A DNA stretch of 22,838 nt from Candidatus Hydrogenedentota bacterium (GCA_029974275.1 JARKSN010000144.1:1-22838), one strand, 5' to 3'; positions 8,160 through 16,546 are shown, counted from the stretch's first letter. A program made the numbers and translations. Notes: a model not told the origin generated them from the letters alone.

Positions 8160-9821
8160 ATGTCCCGAATCCGCGCCATCGCAGGAATTGCCGCGCTGAT
8201 CGCCACCGCCGCCGGCCTCAATCTCCTCGTGCTCACGGACGACCCCTTTGGTCCCGCCGTGTACGCGCCGTTGGCGCTTGCCGTCGCGCTGGGACTCGTC
8301 TGGCTGGCGTTGACAACCCTCGAACTGGCGCGCGGCCTTCGACGCGGGCGATCCCTTCACGGGATTGGCGCGGCAGCGGCGACGCTGGCGTTCCTAGGCA
8401 TCTGCATCGTGCTCTACGCCTTCAGCGCACAATGGCGCGTCTCCTGGGACCTGACCGCGGAAGGCCGCCGCTCCCTGTCCGACCAGACCATCCAGATTCT
8501 CAGCATGTTGGACAAGGACGTTGCGACATATTGTTTCTTCACGACCTCGGACGATCCCCAACTCGCCATCACGCGCGAGAAAACACGGCGCTTCCTGGAA
8601 CACTGCCAACGCTTCAGCCGCCACGTGACATTCGAATTCATCGATCCACAGGTCGACCAGTCCAAACTCGATTCGTTCGACATCCAACGCGTGCCCAAAC
8701 AGGGGGCCATCGCCGTGCAATGCGGATCGCGCAAACGCCTGATCCCCCTCTCCGAACGGACCGCGCGTCTCGAAGAGCGCGATTTCATCAATGCCCTGGT
8801 GAACGTCGTACGCAACACCGATCCCAAAATCTATTTCCTGACCGGCCATGGAGAACGGAACGCCCTCGACACCTCCACCCCCGAGGCGACAGGCCTTTTC
8901 CGAGCGCTCCTCGCGCGCGAATCCTACGCCACGGACACGCTCAACATTCCGGAAACCGACGCCAGAATCCCCAGCGACGCATCGGCGATTGTCATCAACA
9001 ACCCCACGAGCGACCTCCTGCCGCACGAGATCCAGGCCCTCGACGCCTACGTCGCCTCCGGAGGACGGCTGCTCACGCTGCTGGACGCCTGGTGGAAGGT
9101 GGCGGGAGACAGCGCAAGCGGAGAACAGCTGCGCCCTTGGCTGCGGCAGCGGTTCGGAATCGTGTTTGGCGACGACATCGTATGTTCGAAAGAAGCCGGA
9201 GCCACGGTCGAGTTGTACCCAGACTTCGGAGCCCTCAACTTCGATCAGGAAGACCTGACCCAGCGCGGCTCGTACGACGACGCCCATCCCATTACGCGCG
9301 GCTTCGACAAGCGAATGGCCTTGAAAGCGGCGCGAAGCGCAACCTTGTCCTCGCCCATGCCTCCCAAGACGGCTGGCGCGGTTCTGCTGCGCTCCCTGCC
9401 GCAATGCTGGGCCGAAACCAATCTGCTTCGACTGCAACAGGAGAAAGCCGCGGAGAAAGACCCCGGCGAACTCGCCGGCCCCGTAGGCATCGCCGTCGCC
9501 GTCGCCATGAAAACCGACGCGCCGCTAGGCGATACGGGCAACACGCGCGACGCACGCGTCGTGGCCATCGGCAACTCCTTCCTATCGACAAATGAGCAAA
9601 TCAAATTCGTGGGCCACCTCAACTTCCTGCTAAACGCGGTCGCGTGGCTGACGGAAAACGAGGAACTCATTGCGATCCGCCCGATCGGCAAGGAAGACCC
9701 GCCGCTGCTGCTTTCGCGCGGCGAACAGCGCGCCGTCGCGTGGATATCCATCCTGGGCATCCTGCAGGCCATTGTCGCGGCCGGACTCCTCGCCCATTTC
9801 CTCCGGAGAAAACGCCAATGA
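8160..9821 (+). CDS. GldG-family ABC auxiliary (extracytoplasmic) component
   Basis: N-terminal TMs, WDLTAEGRRSLSDQT, FEFIDP, KIYFLTGHGE, LDAYVASGGRLL, HPITRGF, RVVAIGNS, NFLLNAVAWL...LIAIRP, C-terminal TM followed by RRKRQ. Confidence 0.88.
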   Translation: MSRIRAIAGIAALIATAAGLNLLVLTDDPFGPAVYAPLALAVALGLVWLALTTLELARGLRRGRSLHGIGAAAATLAFLGICIVLYAFSAQWRVSWDLTAEGRRSLSDQTIQILSMLDKDVATYCFFTTSDDPQLAITREKTRRFLEHCQRFSRHVTFEFIDPQVDQSKLDSFDIQRVPKQGAIAVQCGSRKRLIPLSERTARLEERDFINALVNVVRNTDPKIYFLTGHGERNALDTSTPEATGLFRALLARESYATDTLNIPETDARIPSDASAIVINNPTSDLLPHEIQALDAYVASGGRLLTLLDAWWKVAGDSASGEQLRPWLRQRFGIVFGDDIVCSKEAGATVELYPDFGALNFDQEDLTQRGSYDDAHPITRGFDKRMALKAARSATLSSPMPPKTAGAVLLRSLPQCWAETNLLRLQQEKAAEKDPGELAGPVGIAVAVAMKTDAPLGDTGNTRDARVVAIGNSFLSTNEQIKFVGHLNFLLNAVAWLTENEELIAIRPIGKEDPPLLLSRGEQRAVAWISILGILQAIVAAGLLAHFLRRKRQ

Positions 9822-11674
9822 AATTGCGCGGCACAATCCTGCTGATCGGCGTGTTTGCCGCCTTGACCGCCGCATATTTCTACATGCTGCACGCCCAGAA
9901 GACATCGCGCCAGACAGCCGCCGAAGCGAAAAAAATGTTCGTCGCCCTCGCGCCCGAAGATGTCGTCGCGCTCCGCATCGAACAAATCGATCAACGCCCC
10001 GTCGTCGGCGTTCGCGGCGAAAACAACCAATGGACCATCACCGATCCCGACGCCTCGATCGCCGCAAGCCAACCCGTTTGGGACTACGCCGCCGCGGGAA
10101 TCGCGAGCCTCATGAACGAGCGCACCATCGAGGAACAGCCCGCAAGCCTCAAACCCTACGAATTGGACGAACCGCGCCTCGCCGTTGAGGCGCAGACAAG
10201 ACCGGGCCAAAAGATTCGGCTGATTTTCGGAAAAATGGAGCCGACCCAGCAATGCCGGTATGCGCAACTGGACGGCGGCCCGGTGTTTCTGGCGAAAGAA
10301 GACGCCTTCTTCCTGCTGAACCGATCGCTGCTGGAATTGCGCCAACGGTATATATTCACTTTCGACGAAACAGGGCTGATGCGCGTCGAATTCGTGCGCG
10401 TGCGCCGCGTAACGCCCGCCGCGCCCGAGGAAACACGCGATCCCGCCGCCTCGACTTCCATCGAAACCGAAGAATCCATCCCCGTCGTATTGGAGCGATC
10501 CCCCAGGAACGCGTGGAGACTCGTCAAACCCGTGGAAGCCCCCGCCGACCAGGAAGCGGTCAACGAGTTCGTGCGCCAGCTCCAATTCGCGACCGCCCTA
10601 CGCTACATCGAAACGCCGGAAAGTCTCGCCGACTACGGGCTCGATCCCCCCCTGGCGCGAATATCCGTATGGACCGACCTGGACGGCCCGCCGCAAACGG
10701 TCTTTCTCGGAGCGGTCGAGCACGAACAAAAGGGAGGCGGGTTGTTCATGCGCCGTTCGGATTCGACCGCCGTGTTCACGGTCGATCGCATGATACTCGA
10801 CAAAATGCCCAAAAGCCCCGAAGCTTTCCGCGAAAAGCGCCTGTTTTCGAAAAGCGCCGGTTCGCTCTCGCGCATCCGATACCAAGACAACAACGGAACC
10901 TTCACCCTTGCCAAGGACCCCGTCAAAGGATGGCGGATGATCGAGCCCCCCGCCGACGACACGGACCAATTCGCCGTGTCGCAGTACATCGCGTTTTTGA
11001 CAACCCTCGACGTCATGGGATTTCCCGGCGACCCGCAGCCCGCGTTCGGACTCGACCCGCCCACTTCCCAGTTCACTTTCGCATTTGACGATGGCTCCGA
11101 GTCCTCCATCAAACTCGGCGCCGCCACCGCCGACGGCTTGGCATATTACGCAACGCAGGACACCGGCCAGGTCGTGACCCTCTCCTCCGCGACAGGAAAA
11201 ATACTGGTGCGCACGCCTTTCGATTTCCGGGGCAAAACCCTCCTCGCGTCCGACCCGGAGACGGCGCGAAGCCTTGCGTTGACTCTCGATGGCGAGGAAT
11301 ACGCCTTCGAACGGGCAGCGGGAGGCTGGCGTGTCCGCGCGCCCGCCAATAAGGTATGGGACAGTCCCAGCGACATGCAGGCCCTGCTCGAAGCCATCGC
11401 CACGGTCAAGGCCGAACGCCAGGAAACCGAGACGACTCCCGATGACCTCTCCCCTTATGGCCTCGACGCGCCCACCCTTGCGCTACGCGTCGCCAGCCTT
11501 TCAAAAGATGGGAAACAAAGCGTTTCGATCGGGCCAATCGCCATCGGCGCGCCCGCGCCTGACGACCCCCGCGCCCGCTTTGCCACGGCAAAGGACACGC
11601 CGGGCGTCTACCGCGTCTCTCAAGATGTCCTCGACAACATCCGCGAAGCCCTGAAGGGATTACGCACGCGATAG
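9818..11674 (+). CDS. DUF4340-type repeat protein (membrane-anchored), about 618 aa
   Basis: ATG 9818 overlaps the GldG-like stop (ATGA). N-terminal TM, then four W...(Y/F)(G/E)LD.P units (PYELDEP, DYGLDPP, AFGLDPP, PYGLDAP). This is the usual fourth gene of GldAFG-type operons. Confidence 0.8.
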   Translation: MKLRGTILLIGVFAALTAAYFYMLHAQKTSRQTAAEAKKMFVALAPEDVVALRIEQIDQRPVVGVRGENNQWTITDPDASIAASQPVWDYAAAGIASLMNERTIEEQPASLKPYELDEPRLAVEAQTRPGQKIRLIFGKMEPTQQCRYAQLDGGPVFLAKEDAFFLLNRSLLELRQRYIFTFDETGLMRVEFVRVRRVTPAAPEETRDPAASTSIETEESIPVVLERSPRNAWRLVKPVEAPADQEAVNEFVRQLQFATALRYIETPESLADYGLDPPLARISVWTDLDGPPQTVFLGAVEHEQKGGGLFMRRSDSTAVFTVDRMILDKMPKSPEAFREKRLFSKSAGSLSRIRYQDNNGTFTLAKDPVKGWRMIEPPADDTDQFAVSQYIAFLTTLDVMGFPGDPQPAFGLDPPTSQFTFAFDDGSESSIKLGAATADGLAYYATQDTGQVVTLSSATGKILVRTPFDFRGKTLLASDPETARSLALTLDGEEYAFERAAGGWRVRAPANKVWDSPSDMQALLEAIATVKAERQETETTPDDLSPYGLDAPTLALRVASLSKDGKQSVSIGPIAIGAPAPDDPRARFATAKDTPGVYRVSQDVLDNIREALKGLRTR

Positions 11675-11711
11675 ATCCCATTTTTCAAGGGCGTATGCGT
11701 GTTTGGCGAAC

Positions 11712-13178
11712 TCAAAACCCTTCAACGCGAACGCCCAACGGCGGCGGCGCCGTCGGGGATTCGCGCGTGTCGAGGAAATGCGCGAGGACGGCGCAGCGGT
11801 CCGCATCGATCAGATGATCGTTGCCCTTCTCGTAGACGATCTGACCGTTCGCGTTGGTCGAGTAGGTGTGCGACGCATATTGCTGTTCGCGCTCGGCCAG
11901 GCGCGGAAACACCAGGGCACGGTCCGCCATGCCGCGTTGCAGCAGTTCGGTCATGAACGCCTTGGCCGGGCGGCGATGCGGCGTCCCGTCGGGGAATGGC
12001 TCCAACTCGACGCTCCCGCCGAACTCGAACGCCCGCACCTTCTCGCACCAATCCGCGCCCAATGCCATGAGATTATGCGCGACGGCCCGGCCACTGTTGC
12101 CGCAGTCGATGCCCACCACGCGGAAATCGTAGGCGCGATCGAGTTCTTGGAGGATTGCCTGTTGCCGCGCATAGTTAACGCCGCGAAGATGCACGCGCAG
12201 GACATTGATCAAGTGCGGCGGCTCGGAGCGGTACACGACATACTCCGACGGATCCCGCGCATAGCCCAGATCGCAACCCAGATAGTGCGCGCCCGGCGCC
12301 ACGCCAAACGGCGCGACAAAGGCATCGCCCTCATTCAAAAAAATGTCTTCGAATGCAACGCCGTCCTGCACGCATTCGAGGTAATCATCGAGGTTGAACA
12401 CGGCATGCGCGGGCGAACCGTGCAGGCCCAGCACACGATGCACGTAGCCCGGCGAGTCCTTGCCGCCGTAGAGCAACGTCAACTCCGCGTCCTTCTCCGC
12501 CGTGAACGACGGATTCAACGACGACGGCCAGTTGTACTGCTCGGCGTCCTTCATCTGCGTCATGCGATGGAACGTGTTGCGCAGGCCGTTCGGCACGCCA
12601 TAGACCCAGCGCCGACCTCCGCCGTTCAGCGCTTGATACAACTCGCCCCAGGCGCTCTCGGTCATCTCCTGCGCTTCATCGACGATCTGCCAATCGACGT
12701 GCAGGCCTTGGAAGTTGATCCCGCGCGGCCCCGCGATGCGGCCCCACAACACAAAGCCATTCGAGAACCGCAGAAACCACGACGGCGACCGCTTCATCTC
12801 GACGAGACTCGACGCGAATTCCGGCGTTGTCTGGAACCGACGTACGAGACGGTGCATCAACGGAAACAGATGGTTCTCGCACTGCGCGGCGATGAGCATC
12901 TCGGTGTTCGGTCGCGCGACCATCGCCCACGCCGCGATCAACTCGATCTCCGCCGTCTTGCCCACGTCGCGTCCGTCGCAATGCACCTTGCGCAACACGT
13001 GCGATTCGAGCGACCCCGCCTGGTACGCACGCGGCGTCCACGATTTCCCCGCGCCGTCCCGGATATACCGCTGGGCGAACGCCGCGCGGTTGTGGAGACC
13101 CAACCAGCCCTCTATCTCCTCGCGCGACATCCCTCTGCCGCACAACAACCCCGCCGCACGCGGTTTATTCAGCTTCAT
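11712..13178 (-). CDS. terL: Phage-type terminase large subunit (ATPase plus RNase H-like nuclease)
   Basis: Adenine-binding PRAYQ, Walker A DGRDVGKT, QGLHVD then Walker B WQIVDEAQ, coupling-motif position YGVPNG, NP motif SSLNPSF, nuclease YLGCDLGYARDPS, VGIDCGNSG and C-terminal NDHLIDADR. Alternative start at ATG 13130. Confidence 0.88.
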   Translation of the reverse strand: MKLNKPRAAGLLCGRGMSREEIEGWLGLHNRAAFAQRYIRDGAGKSWTPRAYQAGSLESHVLRKVHCDGRDVGKTAEIELIAAWAMVARPNTEMLIAAQCENHLFPLMHRLVRRFQTTPEFASSLVEMKRSPSWFLRFSNGFVLWGRIAGPRGINFQGLHVDWQIVDEAQEMTESAWGELYQALNGGGRRWVYGVPNGLRNTFHRMTQMKDAEQYNWPSSLNPSFTAEKDAELTLLYGGKDSPGYVHRVLGLHGSPAHAVFNLDDYLECVQDGVAFEDIFLNEGDAFVAPFGVAPGAHYLGCDLGYARDPSEYVVYRSEPPHLINVLRVHLRGVNYARQQAILQELDRAYDFRVVGIDCGNSGRAVAHNLMALGADWCEKVRAFEFGGSVELEPFPDGTPHRRPAKAFMTELLQRGMADRALVFPRLAEREQQYASHTYSTNANGQIVYEKGNDHLIDADRCAVLAHFLDTRESPTAPPPLGVRVEGF

Positions 13179-13650
13179 CGTCGCGCACTCCCCCGTCTTC
13201 TTCGCCGAGCGACGCCTCGTACACCCCTTCGGCCTTCATCAGCAACGGACGAAAAAGATCGGCCACGCCGAAAGTTTGGCGCGCGGGCTCGGCGCGGTGC
13301 AGCGCCGATTCGAGTTCGGTCAATGCCTTGCGGAGCCGTTCGCGCGCTTTGCCTGCAGCTTCGAGGGCGGGATGGGCGGTCGCGGGTTTGGCGGCGTCGC
13401 CGGCTTTTTCCAGCATCACGCCCTCGTTCCACAGCAATGATTCAAGCCGCCCCACCAACCAATACGACGCGAGCACATCCTCGATGCGCATGAGCAGAAT
13501 CGGCGCAGCCCCCCCATCCCTTTCGCCGCACGCCGCGACCACCTCGCGCACAAACCGCCGCCCAAAGGCTTGTTCGCGCGGCGTGAGCGGTCCCGCGCCG
13601 CGCCAGATGCCGCACTGCCGCATCGGCAGTGATTCGAATGCGACCTTCAT
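13165..13650 (-). CDS. Putative terminase small subunit (P27-family-like), 161 aa
   Basis: ATG 13650 with GGAGG upstream; lies directly upstream of terL and overlaps its first ATG by 14 nt. Helical segment LASYWLVGRLESLLWNEGV...AHPALEAAGKARERLRKALTELE resembles the EG...(N/H)PA...L.EL pattern of P27-type TerS. Acidic C-terminal tail. Confidence 0.6.
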   Translation of the reverse strand: MKVAFESLPMRQCGIWRGAGPLTPREQAFGRRFVREVVAACGERDGGAAPILLMRIEDVLASYWLVGRLESLLWNEGVMLEKAGDAAKPATAHPALEAAGKARERLRKALTELESALHRAEPARQTFGVADLFRPLLMKAEGVYEASLGEEDGGVRDDEAE

Positions 13651-13697
13651 TTTGTTTTTGCCTCCGCGTTTTTGCGTCAAGCAGTCTCTTGTATCTT

Positions 13698-13709
13698 GAA
13701 CATTGGTTC
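13698..13709. promoter_or_regulatory. GAAC-N4-GTTC palindrome (LexA/Cheo-box-like) upstream of terS-terL
   Basis: tGAAC-ATTG-GTTCt, about 48 nt upstream of ATG 13650 in the intergenic region. Confidence 0.5.
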
Positions 13710-13852
13710 TGTGCGCGCTTCGGCGGCGCGTGGCAGACACAGCCCTATCTGTAAGGGGCGCTCTGTTGCATGGCGTTTGCGCATCGTGTTGCGCCGCTTC
13801 TGAAAGGCGGCAAAATGAAATGGCGTGAACGGATAGAGGCGCGCGCGCGTTC

Positions 13853-13894
13853 CAAAACGACATCGGCGCCATCCCTTTCGGGACGGCGCCGATG
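13853..13894 (-). terminator. Hairpin terminator after the FNR gene
   Basis: Minus strand CATCGGCGCCGTCCC-GAAA-GGGATGGCGCCGATG (15-bp stem with one G-U pair) then TCGTTTT, starting 25 nt after the stop at 13919. Confidence 0.7.
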
Positions 13895-13918
13895 AATTTC
13901 AGAAAAGGGATCGCGGCG

Positions 13919-14779
13919 TTAGTAAAGCAGTTCGAACCAGCGCTTGGCGCCTTTGAGTTCGTTTTTCTTCTGCTCCCATTGCAAGTCCGATCCGGCGATC
14001 TTGGCCATGGCCTTGTCGAAGAGCGCGCCGACTTTTTCGAGTCCGCCAAGGTAGACATAGGTCTTCGGGTCTTGGAGCATGCCCCACACTTCGTCGCCGT
14101 TCGCTTCGATGGCTTTGTCGAGAGCGACGTTCGGATCGACGAAGGGGCGAGCGCTGAGGGCTTGGAAGGCTTGGAACGTCTTTTGATCATAATACAGCGC
14201 GAAATCGTTGCGCTCGTCGTTCATATAGATGAGATCAAATCCGTGCTGTGCGCCGAAGAAGAGCCTTACCTTCCCCTTCCAGCCGCCGACGCTCTCGTAG
14301 ATGTGCTTGACGAACGCGCGGAACGGGGCGATGCCCGTGCCCAAGCCGATCATCAGGATGTTGCAGGTGGTGTCTCCGGGAACGACAAAGGCGCTGCCGT
14401 AAGGCCCCGCCATCTGGAGGGTGTCGCCCTCTTTCAGATTGCAGATGTAGTTCGAGGCGATGCCGGGACGCTCCTCGCCGCTGAAATCGTCGATATACCG
14501 GCACCGGCGAACGCACAGCGAAATCATGTTCTGGCCTCGCTCTTCCTTGCGTGTGCTGGCAATCGAATACAGGCGCACATGATCCTTGTTTCCGAATTCG
14601 TGCGGGCCGGGAATCATCACCGCGACGCTCTGGCCTTCGACGAAATCCAGGGGCGTTCCCGTAATGTCCAGATCGATGTGCCGCACTTCCTCTTTGGACT
14701 CGGGCGGCGTGATGCGCTCCGAGGACACCACCGTGGCGGTGAATGCGTTGCTGATGTCATATTCTTCCAGTCGCGCCAT
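13919..14779 (-). CDS. Ferredoxin-NADP+ reductase, plant-type (PetH/BoxA reductase-like)
   Basis: EGQSV, RLYSIAS (FAD binding), GIASNYICNL, GPYG, MIGLGTGIAPFRAF, LFFG, ALS, YVYLGGL, C-terminal Tyr. GGAGGAG RBS. Confidence 0.9.
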   Translation of the reverse strand: MARLEEYDISNAFTATVVSSERITPPESKEEVRHIDLDITGTPLDFVEGQSVAVMIPGPHEFGNKDHVRLYSIASTRKEERGQNMISLCVRRCRYIDDFSGEERPGIASNYICNLKEGDTLQMAGPYGSAFVVPGDTTCNILMIGLGTGIAPFRAFVKHIYESVGGWKGKVRLFFGAQHGFDLIYMNDERNDFALYYDQKTFQAFQALSARPFVDPNVALDKAIEANGDEVWGMLQDPKTYVYLGGLEKVGALFDKAMAKIAGSDLQWEQKKNELKGAKRWFELLY

Positions 14780-14946
14780 GATTACTCCTCCATCTCAGCC
14801 GGTTCTATGTTGGATTCCCTGTTTGCGGGCGCAACCGCCCGCGGCGGGGAAACACGTGGCTATGCATGCGAATAGCCGCCGAAACACCGGAAACCTCCGG
14901 ATTCGACGGAGCGTAAGTATCGCTCCGGAACGCGCATGAAGTCAAC

Positions 14947-14974
14947 CCAGGTCTTTGGGCCAGGTCTTTGGGCC
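14947..14974. repeat. Perfect 13-bp tandem direct repeat upstream of the FNR gene
   Basis: CCAGGTCTTTGGG twice (14947-14959, 14960-14972) plus CC, abutting a minus-strand TTGACT at 14945-14940. Confidence 0.7.
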
Positions 14975-15041
14975 TCGAATCCGGCGCTCGCACACGAACG
15001 ACGCGATGGCGAATCCCCGTGCGCGCTGCCCGTTTGGGCGG

Positions 15042-16271
15042 CTATTCGTCCACGCGAACCACGCACAAGAGACTGTGTCCGCACCCGATGCCATCCGGAA
15101 GGTTATATTCCAAGTTGCGCAGGACGCACGCAACCTGCGGACCCATCACGCTGGCCCAAAAATCCGACACCGGAAAACGATCCGCATTGCGATAAAGCCA
15201 AGCGAGCATCTTGAGTTCCTCGGATAGGCCGCCTTCGCTCGATTCAATCACCTGCTTTACGACATCATTGGCATCTTGCATCAACGCTTCCAGAACGTCG
15301 ACGACGGCAATCCATTGACGGTAGTAGGAAAAGATCCGGGCCCAGGCGTCCGGATGTTCCTGCCGCTCCTTGTCGAGGTACGCCACATCCGGTCTCATGC
15401 CCTCCACATCCCCTCGATACCCGCGATCGAACAAGCGGTTCACCTGTGTCCTGAGTTGAAGCCGCTGCGGTTTGAAAAGAGCGGTGTCCATGTGGCGTCC
15501 AACGAGAACGGAACGGTCCTTGCGCACCAGGACCGAAATCGTCTTGCCCGTCGCCACGGCGGCCCGACGGATCGTGCGCTCCAGTTCTTCGCCGCTCCAA
15601 AACGTCACCGGAAACCAGTCTATTTTCACCGGGTCTTGCTGCTCCAAAGGCAGCAGATAGGCCATGGTGTACGGCAAGGGATGGGCTGCGGTTCTGTTCC
15701 AGTATCCCGGCCACTCGGGCGAACACCTCCCGTAAACGTCGTATACGATGATGCTTCCCTTTCCTGCGTGCGCCAATAGCTGCGTCGAAAGGCGCTCGAG
15801 ACCGACCTGCGACAAATGCGACAACGAACAATACGAAGAAAAATAAACATCGTAGGGGGGCTCATCCTGACGCGGAAAGCCTTTTGAAAGATCGGCCTCC
15901 ATGAAACGGACGTTCGGCTTGCCTTGATAGTTGGCGCGGCCCTGCGCCACCATGCCGGGCGAAATATCCACGCCCTCGTAGACGCGGATTTGGTCTTCCC
16001 GGACCACAAAGGGATCGGAAGATTTTACGGGGTGAGAAGGGGGGATATGCGTCAATAGATCGTAGCCCTCGCCGCTTCCCGAACCTAAGTCGATGATGCG
16101 GAGTCCTTCCCGGCTCGCAACCAGGTCTTGAATCGCCGATCGAACCGCCACACGAATGAAAGTGTCTTCCCAGTATTTTCGTACATTGTCCTTCTTGCCC
16201 GAAAGTCCGCTCGTTTCGATCCCGTAAAATCCCGATTTTACCGCCACTTCGTAGAACTCGGTTCGCTTCAT
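15042..16271 (-). CDS. Class I SAM-dependent methyltransferase with C-terminal extension, about 409 aa
   Basis: ATG 16271 after GGAGGAG. Motif I IIDLGSGSGEG, motif II GVDISPGMV, FMEADLS, PYDVYFSSY. Confidence 0.85.
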   Translation of the reverse strand: MKRTEFYEVAVKSGFYGIETSGLSGKKDNVRKYWEDTFIRVAVRSAIQDLVASREGLRIIDLGSGSGEGYDLLTHIPPSHPVKSSDPFVVREDQIRVYEGVDISPGMVAQGRANYQGKPNVRFMEADLSKGFPRQDEPPYDVYFSSYCSLSHLSQVGLERLSTQLLAHAGKGSIIVYDVYGRCSPEWPGYWNRTAAHPLPYTMAYLLPLEQQDPVKIDWFPVTFWSGEELERTIRRAAVATGKTISVLVRKDRSVLVGRHMDTALFKPQRLQLRTQVNRLFDRGYRGDVEGMRPDVAYLDKERQEHPDAWARIFSYYRQWIAVVDVLEALMQDANDVVKQVIESSEGGLSEELKMLAWLYRNADRFPVSDFWASVMGPQVACVLRNLEYNLPDGIGCGHSLLCVVRVDE

Positions 16272-16516
16272 GATGCATCTCCTCCGGTTCGCGCATCTGC
16301 GTCCAAAAAAGGACGCGGCTCCTGTTCCGGCTCGAATTTGCCCGGTTGGCCAACGAGGCACGGCGCCTGCCGCCCTATAAGGCCTTCAACACGCTGAAAT
16401 AGATGGGCTCAGGCCTTCTGAGAAACCGGGCGGAAGAAAACCCGGCGGCAACCTGGCCCCTGCGTCTAGGAAGAATTTCGGACACTTCGTCGCGCAATGT
16501 CGCGCTTTTCCCTTGC

Positions 16517-16546
16517 AGTATAGTAAATTTCGTTTTTCCCAGGCAA
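16517..16546 (-). promoter_or_regulatory. Candidate sigma70 promoter for the methyltransferase
   Basis: Minus strand TTGCCT-N18-TATACT in an AT-rich patch. Confidence 0.5.

Noticed and set aside
11703..13493. 596-aa plus-strand ORF, and similar long antisense or alternate-frame ORFs (1510-3042, 9245-10585, 13892-14875, 20970-22568)
   Set aside because: Shadow ORFs opposite well-supported genes, expected in high-GC DNA; no recognisable motifs.
5497..13918. Intact prophage or island running from tRNA-Glu to the terminase
   Set aside because: No integrase, no repeated tRNA 3' end seen, and the intervening genes are a typical host ABC operon.
13651..14190. N-terminal extension of the 341-aa ORF 13165-14190
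   Set aside because: It overlaps the FNR gene in another frame and crosses its terminator; ATG 13650 has a GGAGG RBS and is the better start.
16400..16480. GAAAACCCGGCGGCAACC resembling part of a SAM-I riboswitch near a methyltransferase
   Set aside because: It is on the opposite strand to the methyltransferase and lacks the ATC.AGAG and GGTGC.AA.TCC core elements.
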